A stretch of DNA of 64,000 nt, taken from contig NC_134026.1 in NCBI RefSeq assembly GCF_964204645.1, forward strand, positions 7,711,950 to 7,775,949. The letters are read 5' to 3'. This document shows, one piece after another, positions 48,294-63,219 of this stretch (positions within the stretch are counted from its first letter, which is position 1; every line of letters starts with the position of its first letter). The stretch comes from Tubulanus polymorphus (taxonomy: Eukaryota > Animalia > Nemertea). The position numbers were made by a program, and so were the translations under genes. The notes beneath the pieces are model-generated. The model did no database searches. It was not told the DNA's origin and saw only the letters and a list, made by a program, of their open reading frames with translations.

Positions 48294-51200
48294 CCCCGCA
48301 CAGCTGTTGTCTGCGGCGAACGCGTTTATAGATTACAAATCAGAGATTTTCAAATCTTCAATTTCTACCCGTGTTTTTTTCATGAATTCGTGTTGTTTCG
48401 TTGTGCGAAGCCGGCGCGCACGCCGCTGATCGGTCTTGATTCGCGGCGTCGAGAATTCTATAAAATTCTCAGTCTCTCTCTCGCGAGATAACAATTCTTG
48501 AATTTATGAATAATTACGATCAATGCGGTTGATATTGTAACACGCTACGTTGACAATTCCGTGCTCTATCGCAAACAAATCCAAACCGCTTAATTACCAA
48601 GACAAATTATTTATCTCAAAATACGACAAAATCTACAGCACCACTCACAGATTTTATTGTGCTAATTTGAAACGGATTCTAAACTGATTTCTATAGCAAC
48701 GAATATATAATGGTGGCGTTTTGTGATTTTTTTTCGAATTCTAAAACGACTGAAGAATCTATGATACCCGAGGTAGAATTGAAGGCCTTTAGGTTATAAA
48801 TCGGTAAGGGGTATCACATCAAAGCGGTGCCTATTGATATAAACCTGAGGGCGTTAAGAGCCGCTATTTATCGGCGGCTAAAATTCCAGCCGAATTTACA
48901 CAGATTTCTCGAGTAAAAGACGACCAGAAAAAGAACAGTCTATAGTCGGCTTGTATTTGTTTACAAATTGCCCGCAAGGAATCGAGCTCAAACACAACAA
49001 AAAAATAACCCCAGAACAAAATGCCTCTTAATGTAGTGTGAAATGTAGCCCCATGTTTCACCCCGTATCTTATAATACACCTCTCAATCCAGATCTCCAT
49101 AAACATTTCGGGGCTACTCGGTTTGAACCGACCCTCCAAAAACTCTATAATATTCTCAAAAACGATCACACCGATCATCGAACTATATCTGTTCTTCGAT
49201 TTCTAATTTTAAAAATCAAAATGAATATATATGAATGACCTGTGAATTCCCTATTTCAAGATAGAAAAAACAACCATGCTATTAAGTAGAAGAATATTGT
49301 CACAAAGCTGGTAGTTTCACTTTCAGATAATATATGTTTAAAAAAAGAAACTAAAATTCCAGCATAGCGTACGCTGGGATTGTGTTCGGCCATCAAACTT
49401 TAAGTCTTCTATGGCTCAGTCTATTATTAGTCATCAATCCACAAAATTAGAAAATTTTCTAGTTTGAAGTTCAAATAATTTCCGAATCTAAAAAACGACG
49501 CAATGATAAGACGAGATGACTGTTTCATGTAAAATCCATACACACATAGAATAAAAAATGTTTGAAATGGTTGTATTATTTTTACAACACGGACTCAGAG
49601 GATTTTCGCAAATGATGTTTCCATTTATGCTGATATCGATATTCTAATTTCGCCTAACGTGCGACTGTGGTTGAATTCCTTATCTCGAGAAATCTTGATT
49701 TCAACGACATATTTTACAAATCGTTTGAAATATGGCCAACCTTTTGAGAGCCGTATATAAACATCCCGCGACTATGTAGACTCATTGTGACTGGCTTAAA
49801 CTGAGCAGTGAATAGAGTAGAATAGGTCTAATCTGATGTTACAATGAGGGCTCGAATTATATCAATTATTCCACTCTTCAAGCCGCATTCCTAAGCGATG
49901 AGCAGCTTTAAACGGATGAGATAATCTAGGAGTAAAGTTGTGGATTAGTTAATGGTTACTCTTTACGGTTGATTGGATAGTGAAACCGAAATGATACCAA
50001 TTAAGAGAAATGAAAGTATAATGTCACACACCTGGCGTGTTGGGGGAGGCAGGGCAGGGCGGGAGGAACTATCAAATATCACTGCAGACAACTATTGATG
50101 AAACGCTACGAGTCCGTGTTATGACAATGAAATCCCCGCACACTAAGAATAAAAAGAGTCCCAAATGTTTTCGAAAGCTCAAAGTTTATTCTATATCCTA
50201 TAATAGATAACTTCAGTACGACGTCACTATGCTACTCACGGTTCTTTTTCTTTCAATTATATAGATGATTATCTATTCTAGAAATATGAGATATTATTTC
50301 GTGGTTAATTGCGTTCGTAGAGGTCTCCCCCTGAAAGATATTTCCAACGCGGTTAACGGATGTTAAATTTCTGCCGTTTGAAGTATAAACTATAGTGCAC
50401 CGAATTCTCTCAGATTCCGGCGCGACTTTTCTGCCTTTTTAGGTCTGAACATTGCACACACACTCGTGATCGAATGAAAATAACATACATCTTTTCCGCG
50501 CAAATTGGTCAGAATGTTTGCCTTATGGAGTCGGCATTTTAAAGTATAAATGGGTCTGGGTTTTAGACTTGATCTAATGGATGAAAATATTGAAACCAGT
50601 CCGTTCCTTGGTGAATTCGATTTTGCACCAGAACTTTTTGAATCGTAAAGCGTGAGTTTACTGCAAATTGTACATCTGACTTGTTCCCATTCTTGTGCGC
50701 AGCCATTTTCCATCACAGTTAAAAACCAACCCATAAAAACTAAAATAGTATGGAATTAATCTTGGTGCACACGCAAAGGGCTGGCACACGTACGGGGGTT
50801 GCGCACACGGGGAGGGCTAAGCATACGTGGCTCTCGTCGTTAGATGTAAAAATACTGCAACACATCAAAGAATTCGGTATGAAAGCGCCAGTCGAGACTG
50901 GTATGATAATACAGTGAATATTATCTCAAAATACCAGTCACCACAAAGAGAGCTCCGGCTGTCACTGAGCGCGAGGAGAGAGGAAAGAGAGAGATGGAGA
51001 GAGAGGGAGAGAGAGAGAGGTGCCCCGGGCTCATTTCTATTTTACAGATGGTGACATGTTAATATTATAGATCAGCTGGTGATGTTTGTGTTTGCTGTGG
51101 ATAAAGATTCCACACGGTTCAGTCCGGTTAGGCACATAACCTTCCACAGTCGTCCTTTCATCTCGGTTCCACTAAATCCGTACAGGAATTCTATCAGTTT

Positions 51201-54200
51201 CAAATTTGCATGATAATTATTCAGTGTAATGACAAAAAATTCTCGACGATCATGGAAAAAACCCTAATCATTAAGTGGCAGCATCTGAAATGCGTTTTTA
51301 GTTCTGAAAACTGGACTCTGCCTCGACACAAACTTTCATTTGTTCAACTTGTTCAAAAAAGATTTTTGCGATTACTGAAAATTGGTTGATTGTTTGCCGC
51401 TTTGCAGACCATGCTACATCGGCGCGGCCGTGCCTCAAACTATTGAAGCATATGCGAACGTTTTAAACAGATTTTGATAAATTGGTAAAAGAATATGATA
51501 TAAGTATTCGAAACGTACGTTTTGAGAATTTTTAGAAATTCATTACTTCGTGGAGAACGAACATCCGTTAAAGTGAAGACCATTCTAGTCTTGAGAGGTT
51601 TTACATTATTTGAATAGAAATTAGGAGATTTCGCTTCTTTTAGTGCCGTTTCTTCGTCAGGTAAAGGAGTAAAGTTATTCGCATAATTCGGTCAATAAAA
51701 TTGACGAAACGCATACGCAAGATAGATTTTATTTTCATTAGAATCAACTCTTCGTGCAATGGTTAACCCTTTAGAATGTAACTGAAGAAAAACTATGAGA
51801 GTTTTTCTGATTTGCGACTCAATTCTGTGAGATTTTGAAAGCTCGTAGAATTGATTCGAAACGTCGCTACACGCTCTTAGTTTTACTTCATAATTCAAAA
51901 AGTTCTGTCTAAATAAAAGATGATATTCTAAAAGCTTACGCGTCGAAACTGATTCTCAATTCGTCGTTTAAAATCGTTTATTCCTTTATTTTCGAACGGT
52001 CGAAAATCTATAAAACGTAAAAGCGTTTTATCGACGTAAAGAAAATCCTATTTCAAGTAGAAATATTTCAAAATAACTATTACACTGATCTAGAAAAAGA
52101 ATATTACTGATTTAAAGTGATCAATTCTATATCTATATTTTCCGTTGTTTTGTAACCTGAGACGCTAAATATTGAATTTCTATTCAATTCCGCGAGGTTC
52201 ATTTTCCAATCGCGGGATGAACATAAAACGTTACGACGAAAGAGAATCAAATTTGAAAATTCCTCAGGAAATTGATGTTGGAAATTCGACTCGATTTGAA
52301 TCGCAAAATATCGCGCTAATTACCGCGTTAAAACATCGTCAATTCATCGATTTTCACCTACGGGTTTTAAACGCGAATCTTAAAGCTTTAAATTGCCTTA
52401 AACGATTCGCCCTAGGCTAAACACTGAACCTGTGTTACTGGCATACAAAATCTATTGATGAAAATATCAGCAACAAATACTAAACCTATTTAGGTTTACA
52501 GGTATGTAGATATATTATTCAACCAAAGGGTTGTTTGTGAAATATCGGTGCCTACGAGCTGTGTGAAAATATCTGCAAGGACAGGAAACATTTAGAATAT
52601 AAATAAGATGACAAAACGTACCTGCCAGGAGTTTGAGTCTATAGCAATAAATGACATTTTGCCGAATCCAGTATTTCGTGTTTCGCCGCCAAAAGATACA
52701 ACAAAGTTATGCGTAGAATGTGTAAGAACTCAGAGGGAATGAATTCTGTCCCGTCCGTCGCTTTCAGTACCCCAGCGGCAACACGACCGTGTATCAGCTC
52801 AGCTGTCAGCTTAAAGAAGCCCCAGGAATCAAGTTTGTCTCTTCATAAACTTTTGCCGCAAATTGTGAAAGCTCGTACAGCGCACGACACGCGTGCACAC
52901 ATCGTTCATTATTCGCTAACGTTTAGATTCAAATTCGCGTCTATCGGCGTCGCTGATTGGTCGGATTGTACGCAACGGTTATTAAGATGGGCGTGGTCGG
53001 CGATAGAGAGCGAGTCGGATGGAACTAATGAATTATGAATGCGGAAACCCTTTAGCAATAAAAACACAGTCAGTGACGGTGTAAAGCCGGCGCACAATCG
53101 TGGGGAATATTGTCAAGCAGGGAGACAGGAGAGAGGAAGAGAGATGAGCATGTGGCGCTCTAGTTGCAGCTCCGTCGTGGTGCTGCAGCAATCTCAGACT
53201 CCTCCGTGATGCTGCAGTCATCAGCTCAGTGTCACCGTCTTCCACTGAAAATCTGTCACTAAGACTAAAACAGTTTATCATTAATAAATCAGAAAGTATT
53301 GGAGTCTTTTGGCAGTTCTTTTCTAAATGAAATATTTGATAACGCTTGCATTTAAGCAATGGGACTTTATTGATCCGTTGAAAATGTCTTATGTTTGTAA
53401 AATAAAAATGCTGAAAATCTTTGACTCATTACAACAGTTCAGTTTTGACTAAAAGTTACAATCAGGCCATTTCCAGTGTTTTGTCTTTAAAGTCGAATCT
53501 GAACCGAGAGAACTGGTTGCAGTCTGCTTAGATTTTTGTATTTTCGTATTGTAAATTTCAGCCTTTGTTTCAACTGTTTCCAACTCATTTCTGAATTCGG
53601 AGATTCGTCTCTCTACTCCGAAAAAGGGACCACTCATCTTGTCACAGCTTTTGCACTGAAAACTACGAATCTATCGGAAATGTTGGCGTCCGTTTTCAAA
53701 CTGTTTTAGATTTAGAGACGTATCCTGCGTACGTCGGCATTTTGCTTAGTTGAATCGGGTTGGGTATTTATCTATACTTTAGATCTTTATGTTTTTGGCA
53801 GTTTTTGAATCCGTCGATTGTTTGGTCCTCTGTCTGTGTCTATTCAACACTGGCAATGTAAAATCATTGACAAACTGAAAACTTTTCTCTGATAATAAAT
53901 CAGAAATTATCCGCTCGACTGACTGCAATGAATTCCCACCACTCACCGGCTATACGTATTAAATCTGTGACGAAACATCCAGATTTCAGGTCGTCGTTTT
54001 TATGTGAAAATTTTGCAAAAGACCCACTGGAAAGCTCCAACCGATTACTAGAATATGTTAGAATTTTGAAAACCACTGAAAAACCACCAATCACTCGAAA
54101 TTTCAAAAAAATATTACATTATTTCTGAAAAGGGCCGCGCTTACACCCCATAAAGACATCAGATTTTCAGTTGATTTTTATGTAAAAATCCTGAAAGAGA

Positions 54201-57200
54201 CTCCTTGATTGTATATCACCCGAAAACTTGCGATCAGCAATGAATCTTGTAAAAATAGCAGAATCTTTGACTCAAAGACTACCGAGTAATCCGTGATTCA
54301 AAACCTTAGAAGCGAATAGGACAACGGATAAACCTCCATAAAAGTCGAACCGTTCGATAAGCATTCTGCAACAGGCTTCGTAAATAATATATAACGGGAC
54401 AGCTTACAATGATAGCACTTTACATGAAGTCAAAGTATATCATCCCTAGACACATCGGAAGACTCGGTGATCAAAAAGTTATATTTCCTAGGAACCAATT
54501 ATCTGATATAAACACCTCCTCTGCCAACGAAACAAACTTCACTCTAAGAGTAAGATCAAATCCGTTATCCACAGATCGCGGTATTTCTGATTTTACTAAG
54601 GGGTTTTTGTTGTAATTAGGTCCTCAAGTTTTTGTCGTTGTTCCGCGCGCCGGGATTCGACAAAACGTTTCTCTCCGTTCAGAAATAACCCCGTAAACGG
54701 CTCTGATATGTTATGAGCCCTCGGGGATTCTGTAGCTCGGAGGCTTTCGGCATAAAAAACCAGCCCGGTTTCATTATTCGGAACCGGCGTTAAGTAGTTC
54801 GCGTATAGAAAACGCCAAACGGTACGCCTCGCAGCGGACAATGCCGCCCGGAAGATCAAAGTTTCCCGGACCGGGTGGATTTGGGTTTGACCCTGTTTAA
54901 ACTGATATCGATCTTATTTGTAACAGATGGGGCTCGTTATTAGCGGCCGACACGGCTGATTTTAACATTCGAACCCGTTACACCGGGTTTTACTAGCTGT
55001 ATTACGATACTGCATCCTGAACTGATGAAATTTCAACTAAATTTAAGACCAGACAATGACACTGCGTATGTTAGAACGATGAACTCTCAAAATCCGGTTA
55101 CCAGTGGATAAATGATAGAATGACATTCGAAACTCTACAAACCCCTTTTGAGTTAGATTCTAAAATTGTTTCATTGCCAATGTTTAAACGGGTCAAATTA
55201 CAAGTTACAAATTACAAGCCAAATTACACATGGTAATATCAATCCCCTCATCAAGTGTGGTTGCATCCCCTCATCACTTGAGGTTATATCCCTCACCATT
55301 CCACCAAGCTTCAACCAAGTTTTGTGCACCCCTCTGCAAGAGCTGACAGAAAGTCACTGATTCAGATATTGACATTCAAATCATCTCTTGCTAATTTCTT
55401 CGCAACCGGAAGTCAGTGAATATTCAGCTAATATCGTAAATTAACTAGCGCGACGGCGGTCACGTGACCGGTGAGCGTTTGATTGAGTTGATTTTACGTT
55501 TAATTAATCACTTTCTGGTAAACAGACACACAACTGACTCGATCGTAAACCCTAGAGGCAGATGGCGACTCGATCGTAGACCCTGCAGCCGAAATTAGAC
55601 GAACAGGCGCAGGCGGCGGCCCGGTTACCAGGCTGTAGACGGGTTGCACCAGTCCCTGTCGCTCTGAGGGCAGTTTACAGTTGGTTAAACAGCTCTATTC
55701 GATCGACGCCTACCTCGTAACGATACGAAGATTCGGGTTGATCTAAAAGTGTGACTTCTTACAGTTGAAACGGTCAAATCAGTCGCGCCAGATTTTCCGT
55801 CGAATCCCCGAGATAGAATAAAACATTTCATTACCGATTCTGGTTTCCGCACCGATGAGCAGTAGACAAACTGGACCAGAGCGGGAGCGGCGCGTTTCAA
55901 AGAGACCACCGAACGGTTAAAACACAGACTAATTGTCACTTTCTCGACGCGTATTGTAAGAAATGTGTAGTTAGAAAAACAGGGCGGAAAAATAGAGCTA
56001 GCGGATTGTAGCCGTGTTATTTTACGGTTCATTTAACTGTAAACTTATAAAGGGGCCCGGAGCCACTCGGAGCCGCCCTAACTGGCTCCTTCACGGGTTA
56101 TTTGTAAGTACTAATTTACGTACAATAAACTATAAAATTATTTGACTTGATAATTATAAGTTTGACAGGAATTGATAAAGGAAAGTTTCACTACGATGTT
56201 CCGGTTCTCACTACACAAGTCCGCAATCCGTGATATCCGATACACATTTGGCACTTTCAATATTTTCGAGTTCGCCTCGTTTCGGGACTCGTTTCACGCG
56301 CTTTTACAAAAGAACTGTCAACAAAACGTGATCTGGGAAGTTTCGTGAAATTAAAAACAATGGTGGATCTAATCAGATGTTTGATAGATCAGTTTACCTG
56401 TCAATACTCTGAATCTTGGAGCTAAAGATTTCAAATCGAATTCATAGACTGTTCCCATGAGAAATTTGCTCTCCCGTTTTACATAAACTTTAGACCGTAA
56501 AGCACCAGGTATTCCGAGAGGAAGATTAAGGAAATTTCTCATTCATAAATTATATCTAATGATTTGTATTTCAATTTTAATATTTTGTATGCAATGTCGT
56601 TTTCAAAAAAATTCAGAAGTATTTCATGTCTACAATTCATCTCAAATTTATTTCATACGTATGTGAAAAATTGACCAAAAAAAAAGAAAACGTGTGCATA
56701 TAAAATAAAGGATGTTAGGATTATGAATTATTCGATTCCATAGAATAAAAACTGAACCGATAACAATTGAACTTGACCCAGAATTTTTTCATTTTATAGT
56801 TGAATCATCGATGGCGCCATATTCCATGTAAGCGAATAATCAAAAAATGCGAAATTGATTTTGTAGACTTTTACTTTTTTGTTGTTGCATATTAAATTGA
56901 AAAAATAATCCAAAACCAGAAACGACAACATTCGGTGAAGAATAGAAATGCTATAATCTATTGTTACGAATTGTGAAGGTAAAAAACTTGGTCTACGCGA
57001 AACCTGAGACACGGGGTGTGAAATTTGAAAAACTCGTGGGAACTGCCAGGATCACTTTCACCTATAAAACCTTACGCAAATATTTGCGGATCGGATGTGT
57101 CGAGTTGCGACGATACATTAGGCTTCAAAAACTCGTTTGAAAGGGATGTGATATTAATTCTGTTCACGCCTGAATGAACAGGTCTCCCCGGTACCTTCCA

Positions 57201-57417
57201 CCACCGGCGGCGGCTCCGAGCTGTGTGTGTGTGTCAGAGTGCACTGACAGCTTAATACCTTAAAATAACACACACACACACACACACACCTCGCTTACCA
57301 GGGTCCAAATCGGCACCCAGTTACACAGTTTTCTCGAGTAAAATGAATATGATCAAAGATGAATAAAGATTTATAACTTTATGTATTTTTTATATAATTC
57401 ATAGCCGCAGAACTGGA

Positions 57418-57597
57418 GCCGGTTTCACGGTTGAAAGTGAAAATTCCACTCAAGCAGAACATGCACTTCTGGAGTGGCCAGCTGTGCGGATTTAAGGCCC
57501 GTCTAAGACCATTTTGGTTCTATAGCTAAGCAAACCCAACTTTAAGACCAGTCGAACATTCGAAGACAACTTTCTTTCTGACTACTGTGAAACTGGC
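57418..57597. mobile_element. MITE-like element, family B (TIR ~GCCAGTTTCACAGT)
   Basis: Left gccggtttcacggt and right actgtgaaactggc are complementary at 12/14 positions. The element contains one copy of the cattttggttctatag..aa...ttaagaccagt unit seen in the 12.9-kb array. Solo ends lie near 5349, 41703 and 57647. Confidence 0.65.
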
Positions 57598-57716
57598 CAT
57601 TGGATTCGACAGCAGATTCAGATCATTGTTACTCACATTAGCATCGTAAAACTAGGCCCAGATACTTCATTCTAGTGTTGAAAAGTCACCTAATTCTAAT
57701 GTTTGAAATTGTAATA

Positions 57717-57910
57717 CAGTTAAAAGTCCGTTATAATACTGTTGAAACCACTGAAAAAGATGGCATTATTGCGAATCTGGCATTATAAACAATGTTTTTT
57801 TCTCATTGAATCTGAGTTTGATCGGGCAAAATGGTTCTCGGGAAAAATAAATGCCGGCGTTAAGAGAACAGTGTCATTAAAACGGAAGGTGTTATAACGG
57901 ACTTTGACCG
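57717..57910. mobile_element. Tc1/mariner-type (pogo/Tigger-like) MITE, family C, TA target-site duplication
   Basis: TA|cagttaaaagtccgttataatac ... gtgttataacggactttgaccg|TA. The imperfect TIRs are ~22 bp and begin CAGT/CGGT. A second copy lies at 31298-31497. Confidence 0.85.
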
Positions 57911-59165
57911 TATCTTTATCAATTATATTCAACTAAATTGTTAATGAACTATTTCCACCGCATAATTTAACAATTTCACGTGGAATTTAAACTCCATTGA
58001 ATTTCACATTTTCACAATAGATATTCTCAGTCGGGTGAATGATATTTTCATACTACGCAATTTAAGTTATTCGATACGGAATACTACTGTTTTTTAGGCT
58101 GGCGTCTTGTCTAAGAGTATAAATCAGTGATAGTGTGATTGTGTTTAGGGAGGGGTATGGAGGAAATAGAGCCATCTGTTTGGTCTGATAGGGTACGGCT
58201 GTGTTACATTGAATATTGAGTAGTGACCAATTTTACTGACAAGAAAATGTTAGCGTGAAGCGAAGCGGAAGATTTACTAAAACTCGAGGCGATTGAGGGA
58301 GCGAGGAGGGGACATGGAGACCAGAGGCACCAGCTGTGAGGTTCAAATATTTAAAAAAACCATTCAATTCGTGGTCAAAATGTCACCAAATTTATCCGGA
58401 AAAAGGTATAAAAACCATTTCTATATTTCAGTTACAATATGTAACATGAAATTTCAAAAATAGTTTAAATGTTTTATTTGAATGTTTTTAAAATATTGAA
58501 TTTGACTTGTTTTGATTTCTATCAACGAAACAGTTTTGGTGAAAGTTTAAGAATTATCTAATTCTTTGAATAGATTTTGTAAGAAAATTGATTCATGGAA
58601 TCTTGATACATAAATTCTAAAATACGTGATTCAAAATTCTCTGAGCTCCAAATCATAAAATGATATTTGTCTAAATTTCGTATTTGTGTGAATACAATAT
58701 CTATGTGTATCATATTTTCTATCCCTACCACAATTCTCCCTCAGCATTCGAGTTAATTCAGACTGGATTTCGACCCCTCTCGCGCCCCATCCCCGGAGGA
58801 GCAGTATAATCATCTCTCCCCATGCGTTCGAAACTCGAGGTCTCCTCGGTCACCGAATGAACGATTTATCCGCGCTCAAATTCTCCCTCATAAATTATGA
58901 AAACAATATGTAGCCGACAGTCACGTCTGGTTGGGTTCAGGGTTAGATTCGATGTCACGCAGGGGGTTTATTTAAACCCACCGTCACAGGGGGTTTAGTT
59001 TAAGCCTGGTACTCGTCACCGGAGGTTAGTCAAGGTGGCTTGCTGTCACGCTGAATATGAAATATATTTTCACGGTTGCCGAAGCACCGGAGCAGTCCTC
59101 TCTTTTCTCTGTTTTGCTTCATTGCATTTATTCTAAACAATAGCAATTTATCAGCATATGAACCG

Positions 59166-59259
59166 CAGTTCCACAGTTTCCTGGTTGAAATTTCATACTC
59201 TTGAATAATAGATTTGAAAATGAAAAATCGAGTCTAATGAACCGAAGATGCGGAACTGA
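59166..59259. mobile_element. MITE-like element, family A (degenerate)
   Basis: cagttccacagttt ... gatgcggaactga. Confidence 0.45.
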
Positions 59260-62200
59260 TGTTGGAACTGTGACCAGAATTTGATGAATGTTGCTTTAAC
59301 GAACGAAGTTACGAAATTTTGGTGTAAGATGATTTTGAGTGTTAAACTCGATATTTATCGATAAAATACGCTTCAAAATTCTCATGTTCAACGTCCAATA
59401 ATCTTTGCTGAATTGTATTTTCTTTCGCTACAAAAATAAAAAATGTCAACTCAATCTTCGTTTATTTCCTAACGACTTAGAAATCTGATTGGACCGAATC
59501 GAATTTTTTTTTTGTTGAAGATAACTCATATAAATTCTGCTCCTCTCTACTACATTGAGGTCTCGAGTTTCACGCATGGTAAAAACTAAAATGCGAGAAT
59601 TTGTCGTACTGAATGAAACAGTTGATTAAATGATTGTTAAGATTTGTGTGGGGTAATGTGAGGGGTGGGGTAGGTTAGTGAATTCAGCTGTCGAATCTAA
59701 CTCAAACGTTCACGCAGTTTTGGATACGGACAGTAGAGTCGGTTTGAATGGGTTTATTGGACTGGATAATTTCAGTCGGATTATGATGAACACTCTCTCG
59801 ACTACTAAAGTCTGTTCACTGTTCTATAATAGCGAACACGGCGTCTACGCCCGGGTACAGAAAATAACCCGTCAACTTTAAATCGACTCGCGATGATTTA
59901 AGCTGTTTACCGATAAAACGATTTAAAATATATGAGAATTTAAAAGCTCAACTGAACAAGACATAATCTATAAGAAACTAACCACATCTTTTTCTAAGAC
60001 AACTATTCTGTATCTCTGTAATACCACAATAATAGAATGAATGACTAAAACGTTTATTTGAAATATAGAAATATTTCGGCTGATTTTCATCACTCTTCTT
60101 CAGTCCAGAATTATTATAAAATGTCAATTGTATTGTGAGATTTTACGCTTATTGTCTCATCACGGGTATTATGGTCAACTGATTCATACCTATGTCGTTA
60201 ATCCACTGTCCATATTAGCGTTCGGTAAATTAGACATGGCGGTAACCGTATACAGTTGTGTAAAGCGCCGAAGTAAGAATTAGATTAACGAAAAAATCTT
60301 TTACTCGCCGGATCCATAGCTTTATATTCAGCTTCTTCGGCACAATTGTTTAATGAATTCACAAGTAACGTATCGAGTTTCTACCACCCTTCTTCAGTCT
60401 AAAATGACGAGTCAAATATATGTATATTTTATGAAGTGAGATACGGATATTCTACATCTATAAGACAACGAATAAGGATTCCGAAATATTCGCTTGAGTA
60501 AATAATTTATTCGATGATAGTCGTAACGTCGAATGAATTATCAGCTGTAACAAATATTTCGGCCTCGTTTTCTTGTAAAGACTAGGGTGTGATTTAACAT
60601 CATCTTTACAACGCAGACTCTGAAGGTTTCATCCATGGTTCACCATAAGGCGCACGATAAGATAAAACAAAAACAAAATTGAATTCTCACTGATATCCTG
60701 AACATTTCGAAACTTATACATTATTCTGATTCTGGTAAAAAACGAGGCGTCAAATTCAAATTATATATTGATTAAAATTTGAATTCAGTAAATATACGTA
60801 ATCAGTCTGACTTCGTTGTCAATTGGGTTCGGTCAACCGGAACTTATCCTTCGTTAGATTAGTCACCTGCCAGTCGTCCCTCCAATAGCTGTCTCTGTCG
60901 GTACCCTAGCGGTAAAATCGGGAACTAATCCCGCAGGCTGACGGTACGGCGGTGGGCCACACATGAGTTCAGAAAGATTTACAAACGTAAACTTTATCAA
61001 GTTTGTAATAATGTTATCGTCGATATGATTTCTAATCTGAAGGGCTACTTCAGTGTTTCTATGATGTTTGAAGTAGGTCTGACATGTTGTACTCGACTGA
61101 GGATGAGATCTGAAGTGATGACTTTGTACCTAATGCCTCCTTCTCCATAGAAACACGGAGAAGAGAGACGAGAGAAGAGAGACGGGGAGAGGAGAGAGGG
61201 GGAGTGTTGATGTCTCATCACAACCACTTCAAATAAAACATCGCTTCAATATATATGATTTCAGTTGATGGAATAGACTATATAGTCCGCGTTCTATGAA
61301 ACCGGATTACAGCAAAAATGGCCAATCAACAGAAATATCTAATTTGCCAAGTTCTTTAGAATAACATTTCTTTTATTCTATGTTGTAATGAATTGCTTGA
61401 AAGAGCTATTCATTGCTAGAGATCGATTATAACTAAAACTTCATTGTTTTTTTCTCATAATACGGAAATATTCCATTCTACCTAAGAAAATAGGTTTTTC
61501 TTGATTTAATAATAATTTTCTCTTGAATAACTCATAATTCTAAATATCAACGGGTTTTGATTCATATTGCAAACCAACCGATCCGAAAGCCGTTTGCAAG
61601 TCTGTGCTTAAAATTGCGTCCACTCGAAATTTTCAACTAAAAGAAATCGTCTCTATTTTCATCGTGACATTTTATTTTTATGTCGTCTTTCATTTCTGAA
61701 TTAGTAACAGTCTATAATATAATCTGATGACACAAATCCATCTTTCTTCTGATTGATGAAGAAATACGCGGACATAAATATCGAGATTAAATCGATCACT
61801 GGTACCGATATATCAAAAACTACACTTCCGGCTAAATGAGCTAATTCCTAAAACATGAGACTAATTTGAAATATCTTTTAAATCGATTTTACCGAAAGAA
61901 TATCAGGAAAGAAAAACATAAACATCTTTAATTATGAAATCGATGCGATAATCATTTTAATTCCTCGAGTGTTTGATATTCCAGGCGTCGTATTTTTACC
62001 GCCGGGAAAATTGCAGCCAACAGCACATTTTAAACCAGGAGTATTTATCGCAGAGACTATTTCTATTTTTAGACTGGTTTTAAATTTTTGCTGATGCCGC
62101 TGCATAAAACATATATCAACAATCAAATTACACGACGATGCAGGGAAGTTAAGTTAACGGGTTTTTTTTCTGGAAGTATAATTTCGCCGTTAGCGATTGG

Positions 62201-63107
62201 TGGTGAACAAGGGCGGGGTTTGTAAGTAAGTAACGTTGGATAGACTGCCAGAGGCGCTTTCTAAATGATAAACTAAAAAGAATAGATATGTGTGTACATA
62301 TATATATACACATGTATGTATTGTATTCTCTCATGACAAATTATGCTTAAACGTAAAATCAAAAGTCAATGAATCATGGATAAGAATAGAGCACGCTCAT
62401 TTCGCTGTGGATCATACTGTATCCATACCAATGCGTTTTGTCGCGATGTAACACTCGTCTGAGTCAGAAAGGTTCAAGGGCAAAATGATATACCCGAAAG
62501 GTGCCAAGTACAGCTCTTGCGGCCCCTGTATATAGACCGTTCCGAACACCACATACTATCCACTCGTCCATAGACCAGTAGTATTGGCGGATGACCAGTC
62601 AGGTGTGGTGATTCATTACACTAACAATGCCAGCTATCATTCTCGGATAACTACAGTTTTGTCTAGGTAGCCAACTGCAGAGTACACAAAAAACTGTGTA
62701 ACTGGAACTTAAACTGTGTAACTGGGTCCATTTCTGTCGAACTGGTTCCAGAGCTGTGGAAAAGAATCATCAATTATCTGAGTTTGATGATACATTTAGC
62801 ATTGTTTGAATTTTCTGCAATGACGTCACGATTCGCTCGTGACATTTCGCAGTTTGACGGTGATGGAATGGAAGCCTATTATAACACGTCTCCGCGCACA
62901 GAAACACGTCGCGCGCTACTGATGAAATAGCGTGCTAATTACCACCCATGAAAATGTGAAACTAAAGGAAATGCCGTTAGGCTGCGAACTATTGTCTGTG
63001 CTGCTTCCTTTATCTCATCACAATTAATACAAATATCGTCTGTCAAACCGCAGAGAGCCTCATTACGAGTCGTCAATCACAATTTGATAATTACATCACT
63101 TGCAAGA

Positions 63108-63219
63108 GCCGCCTGTCGTCGTACCCAGATCCTGTATACATATACAGCACAGACACGTGCCAGGGCCGCCTTCCTACCCAGGTCCTTATATACAGCACAA
63201 TCACGTGCCAGGGCTGCCT
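63108..63219. repeat. Tandem duplication of a ~50-bp unit containing CACGTG
   Basis: tacccag.tcct..atatacagcaca..cacgtgccagggc.gcct occurs twice. Confidence 0.8.
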
